From Sphaerodactylus townsendi (taxonomy: Eukaryota): a stretch of 64,000 nt of DNA. The position numbers and the translations under genes are program-made. This document shows, piece by piece, positions 39,536 to 51,901 of the stretch (positions are counted from its first letter, which is position 1; every line of letters begins with the position of its first letter). The DNA is taken from NCBI RefSeq assembly GCF_021028975.2, contig NC_059430.1:108252001-108316000 (forward strand). Direction: 5' to 3'. The notes beneath the pieces are model-generated. The model was not told the DNA's origin. It made no database searches and saw only the letters and a program-made list of their open reading frames with translations.

Positions 39536-41179
39536 AGCATGCTTGTGTGAACTGTGCTTCTTTGTCATTCTGTGACTCTTTGAACATGTTCAGTTTTCCA
39601 CTCACCTTTGCTAGCTAACACCCAAGAAAAAGTCCTCCTGTTTGCAGGTGTTGCAACACTCATCTTTGCAAATCTGATCATCCCGGTTGCTGTTTCTTCA
39701 CTTGCAATTGGTGGTGAGGTGCCTCCAGGCATCTGAGTTTTCTCAGTGGTTCACTTCCAAACTATTTTTATTGGAAAGCCACAGGTCTCCTTCCACCTTA
39801 AGATAAAGGGCCTGAAGTGCCTCATTCCTAAGATGTCTTGGCAACCGAGCAGGCCCATCCCAATAGGCAGCACAGGTACCTGCTTGGACTGGCAGAATTC
39901 CAGGGACTCTAATCTCATCAACAAAACCCTGCAGGAAAACTCAGTTCCCTGGTTTTGCCTATGAACTGGGTCAGGTGTGTTTGAACTGGTCCAAGTAATC
40001 TGCCTCCCACTGATTTGCAGCAATTATCAAAGCCTATCAGGACTCTAGTTGCATCTTCAGGATTAAAATGACCTTTGGCAGACTAGAGTCTCCTACATCG
40101 TGTGCAAACAAGGTAATATTGAACTTGGGGATGTGAAAAGTTTCATCTGCTCTTTGCCACCTACCAAACCTCTGTACAAAGGAAGAACAGGCCAAGCCTT
40201 TGTTTCAGGTAAACCCTAGTGCCATAGTTCTCTTTCTGCAGCTCAGGGGAGCCACATCTACAATAACCATCAACCTATTTACTTCCATCCTTGGCACATG
40301 AGGCTGCACTGCAGAGCTGTTTGCAACTTACCTGTTCTTCTGAAAGTGAATGGTTCAAGTGAATGGTTCAAGAAGAGAATGACTCACCCACACAAGCTGC
40401 ACTACAGAGGAGCTGTATTCCCTTTTCTGGAATATGGAGTAGGTGCCATGGGGAGCAGAGCTCAGAAGCACCCCAAGTATCTCCCAAGCCACTGAACAAC
40501 AGTGAGATTTATGCAATTTATGGAACTACCTAACTGCAGCCTATTTTTCTGTTGCACTTGTGCAATGTGAAACTCCCTTCCCTTTCATACACTTGCATAT
40601 AGGGAACAGGGGGAAAAAGCTGTAATCCAGAAAGCCACTGAGAAGGAAATAATAACCCTGGTCTTTATATAATTGCAAGGGAAGGGCCATGGCCCAGTGG
40701 CAGAACCTCCGCTTTGCCTGTTAAAAGCCCCAGATTCAATCCTTGGCATCTCCAGTTTAAAAAAGGATCAGATCAGAGGTGATGCAAAAGATGTGCACTT
40801 GAGAACCCTGGAGAGCCACCACCAGTCAGAGTAGACAATATTGACTGATAAACCAATATTCTGACCTGGTATGTGGCTTTCTATGTTCTGGGGTCAGCAC
40901 GGTGCTGGCAAGGGTACAGCTTTCCTTTCACGCAGTCCAGCAAAATCCATCTGCCGCTTACAGGTGACCTTCCCTTCAAGGAGTTCTGGGCAGCATGGGC
41001 CGGTCCCCCATTCTGTGCTCACAACAACCCTGTGAAATGAGCCAGACTCAGAGAGACCAACTGCCCTGGGTTCAGTCAGTAAGTGCCTGACTGAGAAAGG
41101 GTTTCGGCTCACGGTTTTCTCCATCCGCTGCACCACGCCAACTAGGTGCCATTTAACTGCCTCCCAGCTGCGCCACCCT

Positions 41180-41640
41180 TTCATTATCAGCAAATAGCAA
41201 CCGTCTGCATTAGACAAACAATTTGCTGATAACTTGACTTCCAGTTTGCTCTTTCCAAGGCTAGAGTTTTATGAGCTGTTTTGCCACCGGGCTGCCACCG
41301 CTGAGTTTATGCGTGACCTTGTTGGCAGTGACCCCGGACGTCTTCTGAAAGCTGATAACGTGCCCGAAGCCTTGGTGCCATGGTACGGCCTGGGGTAATG
41401 ACTTTGTTGATACTGATGAGGGCAATCCAGAGTGGGCAGGTGGCCAAGCCCTCAGGTCTCCTGGCCCCAGCTGGCACCTTCATTGAGAAAACCTTTCTCA
41501 GGGTCATGTGGGGCCCAGTCAATGGGTTCAAGGCTGAATTGTTTTTCAATGAGCTGCGGCTGGTTGCAGGGAGGTCAAGGCTGCCGATGGGAGGTGGGGG
41601 TGGCACATTCACCCAGAGGAGCCTTATAAGGCAGAGCTCA
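41180..41640 (+). promoter_or_regulatory. NR0B2: NR0B2 proximal promoter: IR-1 FXR element, NR5A (LRH-1/SF-1) sites, TATA-like box
   Basis: GGGGTAaTGACTT at 41392-41404; CCAAGGCTA at 41255; TCAAGGCTG at 41528 and 41575; TATAAG at 41625. Confidence 0.7.
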
Positions 41641-41746
41641 GCCAAAAGGGGCAGTGAAGCAAACAGTGCCGGAAAGCGTGCACTAGTTCCAGATGTGAGC
41701 AAAGCATTTGCCCTCCAAGCAACTGCCTAACTGCTCCGTCGCAGAC

Positions 41747-42254
41747 ATGGAGTATGAACAATGCCGATGCCTCGAGAGCCAAAATGCCATTCTCTACACT
41801 CTCCTGAGCCGAGACCAGCGAGAGAGCTGCAGTCCTTTACAGCAGCGCTGCCTATGCCAGAAACGCCGCACCGTCTGCCTCCAGATGCCACAAGTCACCT
41901 GCCAAGCCGCTTTGGATGTCTTAGTGAAGACGGTCAGCTTTGTGAAGAATCTCCCTTCCTTCCAGCTGCTCCCGTGGGAAGATCAGCTGCTGCTCCTGGA
42001 TGGCTGCTGGGCTCCCCTTTTCCTCCTCGGCCTGGTGCAAGAGATGGTGACCTTTGAAGTCATTGAGACCCCGGCTCCCAGCATGCTCAAGAGGATCCTT
42101 CTTGATGGCAAATGCAAAAGGCAGGAGCTGCAGAGAGCTCAGCCCACCCTGGCCAGCGTTCAGCGACTCCAGTGTAGCTTAAATGAATTCTGGAACCTGG
42201 ACCTCAGCCCAAAGGAGTATGCCTACTTGAAAGGGGCGATGCTTTTCAATCCCG
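41747..42254 (+). CDS. NR0B2: NR0B2 (SHP, small heterodimer partner) exon 1
   Basis: gacATGG start; ILYTLL NR box; LVKTVSFVKNLPSFQLLPWEDQLLLL; SPKEYAYLKGAMLFNP; CCCG|gtaagt; LBD without a DBD. Confidence 0.93.
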
Positions 42255-42941
42255 GTAAGTCCCAGATCTTCCTAGAAAACAAGTTTTTTGCGAGTAGGAT
42301 TAGGGGAGGGGGCGAAGCATAGCCTTGGAAGGGGAAAATGGGCATGTGATTTTGCAAGAAATTGCAACCCCCATCAAAAGCCTTCAAAATGTTGCATTGC
42401 GCCTCTGCCTTCCTTGGATGGTGACGGACAATCCCAGGTTAACTGTTCAGATTCAGTTTCCTGCACACAAGAAGCCTTCTTATACTGAACCACATCCAAA
42501 GAAGACCAGTGCTCTATCAAAGGCAGTACTGGCTGGCAGCAGCTCGCCAGTGTCTTGGATATGAGGCTTTCTGATCGCCTACTACCTGATCTTTTTAAAT
42601 TAAAGATTCCAGGAATTGAACCTGGGACCCTCTGCAGATCAAGTAGTTGCTCCACCACTGAGCCACAATCCCTTGGTTTCTTGTGGAGGGAGAGTTCTGG
42701 AGGCTTGTGGTTTGGTTAGAATATCCCCCTATACAAATAAGCAGATACTGAGCAGGTGTGCAGAAACAACACACAGCAGAGGGCATCAGTTTCAAAGCAA
42801 GTGCAGCATCCCTTTGGCTTCAGCTCCCATGGGCTGCAAAGACACAGAGCTGCTGTTCTTTCTTGAGGAACATTAATACATTCCAAGTGTTTTTGAGCCA
42901 TACCCCACATTTAGATTGGCCGAGTAGATGTCGTGATCTGC

Positions 42942-43177
42942 AGTTTCCCTTCCCCGCTCACACCCTGTGAGGTGGGTGGGGCTGAGAGAGCTCCGAGAAG
43001 CTGTGACTAGCCCAAGGTCACCCAGCTGGCGTGTGTGGGAGTGCACAGGGTAATCTAGTTCCCCAGACAAGCCTCCACAGCTCAAGCAGCAGAGCTGGGA
43101 ATCAAACCCGGTTCTTCCAGATCAGAGTGCACCTGCTCTTAGCCACTGCTCTTACCCACTACGCCACTGCTGCTCCT
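42942..43177 (-). mobile_element. Sauria-type SINE
   Basis: Reverse complement of the SINE at 7177. Confidence 0.8.
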
Positions 43178-43915
43178 ATGATATGCTTATGAACAACCTT
43201 GTAAAATGTGGGCTAGACAATGTTAGGTGGATTTGTAATTGGTTGACTGATTGAACCCAAAGGATGCTCACCAATGGTTCTTCTTCATCTTGGAGAGAAG
43301 TGACTAGTTGGGTGCCACAGGGTTTTGTCCTGGGTCCAGTGCTATTCAATATTTTTGTAAATGCCTTTGATGATGCAATAGAGGGCATGCTAATCAGATC
43401 AGCAGATGACACCCAATTAGAAGGGGTAACTAATACCCCTGAGGACAGGATCAGAATTCAAATGGCTAGGACAGGTTAGAGAGTTGGGCCAAAACTTACA
43501 AAATGAATTTCAATAGATGTGTTACACATAGGCAGAAAATATTAAATGCACAGATATAAGATGGGGGATACTCGGCTTGATAACAGTACACGTGAAAGGG
43601 ATCTGGGAGTCTTAGTAGACCACAAACTGAACATGAGGCAGGAGTGTGATGTGGCTGATAAGAAAGCCAATGCAATGCAATTCAGTAGGAGCATAGTATA
43701 TAGGTCAAGAGAAGTAATAGTACAACTTTATTCTGTGTTGGTCAGACCTCACCTAGAATACTGTGTCCAGTTCTGGGCACTTATATGCAGGAAGGATATT
43801 GACAAGCTGGAATGGGTCCAGAGGAGGGAGACCAAACTGGTAAAAGGCCTGGAATCGATGCCCTATGAGGAGAGACTTAGGGAGCTGGTAGGTTTCATCT
43901 GAAGAAGAGACGGTC
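43178..43915 (+). mobile_element. CR1 LINE reverse-transcriptase fragment
   Basis: VPQGFVLGPVLFNIF...ADDT...ERDLGVLVD...LVRPHLEYCVQFW, with stops and frameshifts. Confidence 0.9.
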
Positions 43916-44493
43916 AAGGAGTAACATCCCATCCAAACCATGTTCTGCCAGCAATGTTAGCTTTCAAATTTGAGAGAGAGAAGAAAACGTGGACTGCACA
44001 AATGTTCTTCCCCTTAAAGGCCATGCCCCCCCCCCCCTCCAAAGTGAGGAAGATATCCTGTATCATCACAGAATTACCCTCGCTGGGAAGAAATCCAGTC
44101 CACTCAGAGCCACATGAGTTGAGTGCAGCTACAGTTGGCTGGTAAGGTCTGGGACATGTTCACGAAGAAACATAGTATTGAATGAGTATGATAGGTCCTG
44201 GCACAGGGTAGACAGCTTGTCTGACTCAAGGTCACCTGACTCAAGCCACATCTCTTCATACTGCTCACGGAGGACAGTCCAGTCCTCCAGTGGTAGCCTC
44301 CTTTTGGTGGTCCCTTGCCCCAAGGACATTCCGTTGGCCTCAACCAGAACCAGGGCTTTTTTGGCCCTGGCTCCAGCCTAGTGGAACACATTGTCAGCTG
44401 CCCCTGTGAGACCTAAGACAGTTCTGCAGGACTTGTAAGACAAAGATGTTTCACCAGGTCTTTGGTTGAGGCCACCCTTGAGTCTGTTTAAAA

Positions 44494-44680
44494 CAGTGGT
44501 TCTCAACCTGGGGGTCGGGACCCCTTTGGGGGTCGAACGACCCTTTCACAGGGGTCGCCTAAGACTCTCTGCATCAGTGTTCTCCATCTGTAAAATGGAT
44601 AAATGTTAGGGTTGGGGATCACCACAACATGAGGAGCTGTATTTAAAGGGTCGCAGCATTAGGAAGGTTGAGAACCACTG
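44494..44680. mobile_element. SPIN-like hAT MITE
   Basis: CAGTGGTTCTCAACCT...AGGTTGAGAACCACTG; TSD GTTTAAAA. Confidence 0.8.
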
Positions 44681-44825
44681 GTTTAAAACAATGATAGCCA
44701 GTCTCCCTCACCCTGTGAGCTTTCAAACTGCACCCTTCTTCCCCCTCCTGACATATAGGGACTGGGGTGGGATAGCTTTTGGCTAGATTTTTCTTAAATA
44801 GTGCACCATTACAGTGTTAGGAGTT

Positions 44826-45096
44826 AGGAGCAGCAGTGGTGTAGGAGGTTAAGAGCTCGTGTGTCTAATCTGGAGGAACCGGGTTTGATTCCCAGCTCTG
44901 CCGCCTGGGGAATTCAGATTAGCCTGTGCACTCCCACACACACCAGCTGGGTGACCTTGGGCTAGTCACAGCTTCTCAGAGCTCTCTCAGCCCCACCCAC
45001 ATCACAGGGTGTTTGTTGTGAGGGGGGAAGGGCAAGGAGATTGTAAGCCCCTTTGAGTCTCCTGCAGGAGAGAAAGGGGGGATATAAATCCAAACT

Positions 45097-45126
<30 letters not shown>
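44826..45126 (+). mobile_element. Sauria-type SINE with (TTC)n tail
   Basis: Full head-to-tail match to the SINE at 7177. Confidence 0.8.
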
Positions 45127-45127
<1 letters not shown>

Positions 45128-46383
45128 GATTTTAAATGTCAATTCAGTTTTAACTTACTGACTGTGTTTTAGTCTATTGTAAGCCACCCTGAGCCCAGCC
45201 CCAGCTGAGAATAGACAGGTTATAGAGCCAATAAAATAGAATTATGTGTATGGCTTGAGAAGCCATAGAAGTAGCCAGATTGTACAGAAATTACAAGATT
45301 TAATGCTATTTATTTAGGGTGTAGTAGCAGGTCAGGAAAGAAAACACTCACAGCAGGAAATCTTGGTGCCTGCCTGGATTTGGGGCCAACTTAACTGAAA
45401 ACTGCACATTTACTTACATAGATTTTTAAAAGGGTTGTTTATTTATTTATACCTTACATTTTTCTCCAATGGCCTGAGTGCGATGACTCACCACATCATT
45501 TTTCCCTCTTCCAGTTTATTCTCACACCCACCAGGCTGTGAGGCAGGTTAAGGTGAGAGTATATGTGACTGGCCCAAGGCCAGTGAGCTTCCACAGCAGG
45601 GTTGGGATTCAAATCCAGTCCTCCCAAATCATAGTCTACACTCTAATTACCATGTATTCATCTAATTCATTCATTACTTTGTAATGTACATATTTTAAAA
45701 AATTCGCTTAAATGTGTACCTAATACATATAATGTATGGATTGGGCAACTGATGATTATCTGTGTCAGCACGGAGATGTGGGTAACGTGTCAGACTCGGA
45801 TCTGGGAGTCTCAAGTTTGAATCCCTGTCCATCCATGGAAGCTCCCCGAGTGACTTTGGGCCAATCACTCTCTCAGCCTAGCCCTCTAGCCCATTTCACA
45901 GTTATTGTTTTGAAAATAAAATTGAGAGAAAAATGTTCTGAGGTATCTTTAAGAAAAAGACCAGCAGCCATCTTTGGATGTCTTTTTAAAAAAAGGATTA
46001 GTACCACACCAAGGAGGGCTGGTTTTAATTAACAAAACTATGCAGGGGTGGAAGGTTAAACCCCTTCCAACACAATCTGGATCCAAATCGGAGCTGCACA
46101 GAGTTACAATATCCAAACACACCTTCCTCAGAATGGCAACCTAGATAAACCCTTTTGGTTGTCGAAGGAACCATGTTCACCACAACCTAAGCAGGCCTCT
46201 TGCAGATCCAACTTAAGTCTATGCAGTGGTGCTTACTCCCAAAGAAGGTGTTCCATTAGGAAAAACTGAGTACATCTGAATGCATGTTGCAGCGTGCCTG
46301 TTTCCACTATCCAAGGGTTTGAATGATTTGAAACATTAGTTGAGTCCTTGATTTAGCTGGACTTCTTCTCTCGCTTCTCCCAG

Positions 46384-46625
46384 ATGCACCTGGTCTCAAG
46401 GCCTCTGCTTACATTGAGAGCCTCCAGCGTGAAGCCCAGAGAGCACTCCAAGAAGTTCTGGTCGTTTTCCATCCGGAGGACAAAGGCCGCTTCGCTCGGG
46501 TCCTGCTGATAGCTTCTACCCTGAAGTCCATCCCTCCTTCTCTCATTACTGACCTGTTCTTCCAGCCAGTGATTGGCAACACAGACATTCTGAAGCTGCT
46601 TACAGAAATGCTGGTGATGAAATAG
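46384..46625 (+). CDS. NR0B2: NR0B2 exon 2
   Basis: cccag|(D)APGLKASAYIESLQREAQRALQEVL...GRFARVLLIASTLKSIPPSLITDLFFQPVIGNTDILKLLTEMLVMK*; total CDS 750 nt. Confidence 0.95.
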
Positions 46626-47898
46626 GTCCATTGGCCACAACACCTTAAATAAGATTGACTTTGGGGCTTCCCACAACACACTGGGCCTTCTGCTTCACGC
46701 CCAGAGGCTGTGCAATTTGGAAATGGGATGGGACTGTAGATCTTAATCAAAACTGCCTTGTAGAAGTCCACAAGGCATCTATCAACCTAGGTCTGTGCTC
46801 CTACTGTGTTGCTATACTGAAGTATTTAGGACGGGCAATAACTGCTGGCAGTGTCCTGACAATTGCAAGCTGACTTGGAATTCTGTGTCAATGTCTGCCA
46901 GCAAGTCACCATCATAGGTTGTGAACTGTGGGCAGCATACAAAGCTATCCCTGTTGCAGGCAAATTGGCAGGGCAAACTGCCAGGGCACATCTTCATTGC
47001 AAATATCTGTCCCTTTGTATTACTGTTTACCTGCCGTAGCTCCTTTCTCCTTCAGAGAGAATCCTGACAATTGTAGTTTGGTAAGGCTGTTGAACAGACC
47101 TCTTTCACCCCTCTTCACAGAACCACAGTTGCCAGAATTCTCCAGTGAAAGCGGTTCTCATTTTACCAGCTTGACTCTGTGGTTTCGATACATCTTCTAC
47201 TCTCTCACACTTGTGGAAGTTTCAATCACAAAATGGTCTTCTGGTCTTCAAAAACTTGTTCACTGTCAAAGTCAGTGGAACAAAACTGCTCATTCTGAGA
47301 TGTGCTACTCCTGCTAATTGGATCTCAGAAAGCTAACCCATCATGAAAGAGGTACTCCCACCAGGACTATTTTGTTGGGCTTACTGAAACAAAAAAGTGC
47401 TCATAAGCACCTCGAGAACACCCTTCCCACCCTTCCCCATACACCCATCATTCCAGGAAAAAATCTAGGTTCTGAACATGCCAAGGGCTAGCCAACGCAT
47501 CTCTCTTACTGAAACAAAGTTCCAAGGCTGCACGAAGATGTCACAAGAAATAAATCCAGAACTTCTGTGAGCTGATTTATGAAAAGACATTATAAACTGC
47601 TAGGAAAGGAAACCTTGACTGATTTGATCTGATCTTCGCTACAGAAAAGCATACTCTTACATGGGTCTGTTTTCTTCAACTCCAATGTAAACACGTGTGT
47701 TGCCCAGTGGGAGTACTTTCCCCCCTCCCTAGTCAAGAGTGTTGTTGTTCACTGAACAATTCTTTCTTTACACTGACTTCTGATGTCAATATTTTGTGAG
47801 TACTTTTCTGTAATTTGTATGTAGCGATAAAATGTGCTGTAAGTTATTTTTTAAAAACAAATAAAATGTTTTACAATTTGGAAAATGACTCATGGCAT

Positions 47899-47913
47899 TA
47901 TATATATACATAC

Positions 47914-47948
<35 letters not shown>

Positions 47949-47985
47949 CACACATATATATACACACATACACACATATATATAC
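47899..47985. repeat. (TA)n/(CA)n compound microsatellite
   Basis: Direct inspection. Confidence 0.9.
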
Positions 47986-48044
47986 ATTTCTAAAGGCCAG
48001 TTAGCAACCCTAGATAGCACCTCATAGAAATGTTGTCCCCAATT

Positions 48045-48510
48045 ATTCATTTATTATTATTAATTTTGTTTACTATCACAGCTGCCAGTTCTGTAGCTGG
48101 TTGTTGGCCTTTCCTTACAATTCAAGCATCACCCAAAGGTCTAGGACATTGTAATGTAACAGCGTAGTATTGTCGAAGGCTTTAACAGCGTAGTATTCGT
48201 ATAGATCCCATCATGGCTGCTTTCTGAATCTGACAGATGTTGTTTTTGTCAATTTGAAGGAGTTTTCAGTGCCACCCTAGTGTTTTTGGCATGGCTCCTA
48301 GGGTACCAATTACTACTGGGACCACGTCGGTTGGCTTGTGCCATGGTAGCTGAATCTCAATTTTCAAGTCGTGGTATTTAGCAACCTTCTCATGTTCTTT
48401 TTCAACGACCCTACTGTCACCAGGTATTGTTATGTCAATGATGGTCACTTTCTTGTCCTTGATCACTGTGATGTCTGGTGTATTATGTGCCTGCACTTTG
48501 TCCGTTTGGA
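48045..48510 (-). mobile_element. R4/Dong-clade non-LTR retrotransposon 3' end (restriction-like endonuclease)
   Basis: HNTPDITVI...IIDITIPGDSRVVEKEHEKVAKYHDLK...VVPVVIGTLG; (TAA)-rich tail. Confidence 0.85.
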
Positions 48511-50149
48511 TTTATATTACTACACCTATCTCGCCTTTCCCAAACAAGGTCAGACTCAAAATGGCTACAAACCAATAAATACAATTTAATAAATACACTA
48601 ATAGCATAACATTAAAATTATTTCCAAATGATACATTGAAAATTCAAGCAGCATCCCTGCTAACAGTGGGAGAACAACAAAGAACAAGAGGGAGGAAAGA
48701 AGAGGAATGGGAAAGGGAGGGAAGACAAGGAAAGGGAAAGGAGAGAGGAGAAGAGCAAGGCAGGGAGGCCAGAAAGGGTGGAATCAATGCTTGCTGTCCT
48801 CTGCCATAGGCCTGGTGGATGATATCAGCCTTAAGATCCTGTGAACTTAGCCAAATCCTGCTCAAGGAGGTCACTTAACATTTAAACTAAGGACACTCTG
48901 TACATGCTTGGAGGTCGTTTTCACTTCACAGACTCCCAGATTCAATGACATGCTTTGTTCTCCTTTGTCAAATTATATGCAGAAATTAAACAACTGCAGC
49001 ATATCTCCAGCCTAAAGCATGCTGCACCTATTCACTTTCTGCCTGCCATGCAACTGCTAAACAATAAAATTTAAATGCCAATTCTAAAATAGAAGGAGTT
49101 AACTGACTGTCCTATCCAATCCCTAGCATGTGCTCAAACCGAGCCTTAAAAAGGGACACAATCACACACTGCACCCCTTCTGAATCCCAACTGAAAGTGG
49201 CAATAGGCATGAGCCACAATGGAACTAGAAGGGCCCATGGAACAAACTACTGGTAAATCTGCAATCATCAACCACGTTTTCCATGAGTGCTCTCATCTCT
49301 GGAATCTCTCATCTCTGGAATCTCTATGGTTTAAACAAATCCCTACAATATTTTTTAAAATTTGATTTTCATAATTAAACCCAGCCCGCCCCATAAGGGC
49401 TCATTTAGATGTGTAGCACAGGCATGCCTCTTTTAGATTGGAAGTGTGAACAATTTTCATTTACAAAAACAAGTACAAAGTCCATGCAATAATACCAAAT
49501 TAGCACAACCCCCCTGTGCACACTTTCACACCTACCAGGACTCTTCATCAGGCGTGAAGTTACAAGACTTAAAAAGATAGGAGGAAATCAAATCTCTTAA
49601 GTCTACCTTTTGTCTGTCACTATGGATAGGAACTAAATCGTGTAAAACTTTTCCACCTAGGCAAAAAATAGGGTTTTTTTCCACAAAAATAGGTGGAATC
49701 TGGAATTCTCCAGGCACTGAACGGGTTCTCCAAACTACAGTCCCCTAGAGAAAATGGTACCTTTGTAGGTTAGGCTCATATCTCCACTCCCTCAAACTCA
49801 GCCCTTTCCAGGCACTGCTCTCAGATCGCCCGGAATTCTCAATTGTGCTGGACTTGGCAGCACAAACTATTACACTATTTTGTTTCTCTTTATGGATTTT
49901 CTGTGGGCCTCAGGTTGTCAGCTCCAGGTAGGAAAATTCCTATAGCTATCAGGGGACCGGCACCTGGGGAAAGGAGCGAGCTAAGCGGGGGTGCGGATGT
50001 CGTAGATTCTGCCCTCCAAAGCTACCATTTCTTAAACTGACCGCTATCGTCTGAAGATAAATTGTAATTACGGGGGAATCCGGACCCCACCTGGAGGTTG
50101 GCACCCTTCCACCGGGGGGCAATACGGCTATTTATATTCTTTTTCCCAC

Positions 50150-50310
50150 GGCTAGAAGGCGTTGTTGGACCCCCTTGGGTCACTCTCGGCTTCTTTCCTC
50201 TCTATGGTTAGAACGCGTAAGAGAAGGCTGCGTGACGCTTTAAGAACGCTCTCCCACCCACGCTTCCGACTTTCAGGGACTCACGTGACCAGTCTTCCAG
50301 GAGTTGCAAG
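50150..50310 (+). promoter_or_regulatory. GPATCH3: GPATCH3 CpG-island promoter
   Basis: CpG-rich; E-box TCACGTGAC at 50281; YY1-type AAGATGGCGG spanning the ATG. Confidence 0.6.
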
Positions 50311-50644
50311 ATGGCGGCGCCCAGTTCTTCTGCCTCCCTCGAAACCGCGGGCCGGTATTGCCTGGTGAGCCGCATTCCGGCCCGGCTTCGCTCCGCCGAT
50401 CTCCGAGCTTACTTCAGCCAGGCCGTGGAGGCCGGCGCCTTCCTCCGCTTCCATTACCGGCATCGGCCCGAGCGCGGAGAAGGGCTAAGCCCCGGGCCGA
50501 CTTGCTGCTGCCTAGTGACGACGCAGCCCGGTTGGGCCTGCCGTTTTGTCCGCATGTATTCGGGGAAGCGCTGGATCGACGCCCAGGGGGAGACGCTGCC
50601 CGGCCGCTGCCTCATTCGGAGGGTTCGTGTTTCCCTGGACGAAG
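50311..50644 (+). CDS. GPATCH3: GPATCH3 exon 1
   Basis: MAAPS...YCLVSRIPARLRSADLRAYFSQ...FHYRHRPE...RMYSGKRW...LPGRCLIRRVR; donor after 50644, or an alternative after 50650 in the same phase. Confidence 0.9.
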
Positions 50645-51614
50645 GTATCGGTAGGGCAGATGGGGAATAAGAGACACTCTGGGAGAGTTTCGTTTTCCTG
50701 TATTAGTGTATCCTGCTTCTCTCTCAGTGACGACCTTCTAAAGGCGGTTCTAAGTCTCACAGTGACGACCTTCTAAAGGCGGTTGGTCTTATTGTACCAA
50801 GGTAACCAGCATGGCAAGCATAGTGAGAATTTGAGCCTGGGTCTCCCAGTTCCTGATGTGATGCTCTTCCGTGCACAGTGCTGGCTTTCTTACACTACAG
50901 AATTATTTTGTTGGAATCCAGATGGGAATGATTGCGGTAGTTTAATGATAGCATGTTATTTAGTGCTATATGGATGCCAAGTTCATCATGTGTCTTAATA
51001 GTATGCCCTGCGTGGTTACAGACAATTACTGGCATGCTTCTTCTACATGGGAGTAGGTTGACTCAGGTTTGAAGTGTGTGTATACTTGGACAGAGGCGAT
51101 CATCCCTATTTTAGTCTTCTGTGGCAGATCTGATAATTTATATGAATTCTTTGAGAAGGGAGGTGTATGCCTGTTAATTTTCCTAGACCCTCTTAATGCC
51201 TTTCAATTGACCTGATTTCAGATTTTCACTCAGCTATGATAACCATTGGGTAAGGCACTAATCATACTTGGGTTGCTTACAGCCATGTTGTCCATAAGGG
51301 GGGGGGGGGGGGGAACCAAAAGCAAAGAACACAATCCACCTAACATATTTTGTTCAGACTAACGTAATAACACAGAACTGTTGTAAATTTTTGCCCACCA
51401 GAAGTTGTATTTTATCTTGGTCTAAATATCATGATGTTCTGAAACAAAGCTAATTTTCCTTTCTTTGTTACGTTCGTAGCATCTGGTTTGCTGAAAAGTT
51501 ATGGGGAACATAAAAGTTTGTACACTTGCTATGTCTTGTTGGGTTGGCCACAATGAAAGGTATTACAATAAAAGGTGAATCACATGCTATCTCCATAGAA
51601 CCATGGAATGCACG

Positions 51615-51768
51615 TAGTCCTTCCAATCTCTTTTATCCACTTTATAAAATATAAAACACTATTTAGTGACATTGTGAAAGCTACCATGGGATATACATAG
51701 TCCTTCCAATCCCTTTTATCCGCTTTATAAAATATAAAACACTATTTAGTAACATTGTGAAAACTACC
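51615..51768. repeat. ~82-bp tandem duplication in GPATCH3 intron 1
   Basis: Two copies of TAGTCCTTCCAATC...TTTATAAAATATAAAACACTATTTAGT...CTACC. Confidence 0.85.
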
Positions 51769-51901
51769 TAGGAACTTGAAGTGTGTGAAAGCACTTCCGT
51801 GATGTGATAAATTACTAAACTAGGCTTGGAAGTTATTTTGGAAAATGATCCTTTTTTATTTTGTCACCTTGTTAGTCATCCAGTTGTATATTTCTTTATA
51901 G

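Noticed and set aside
41708-41746. TTG-initiated N-terminal extension of SHP in the ORF track
   Set aside because: The ATG at 41747 has good Kozak context and gives a normal-length SHP.
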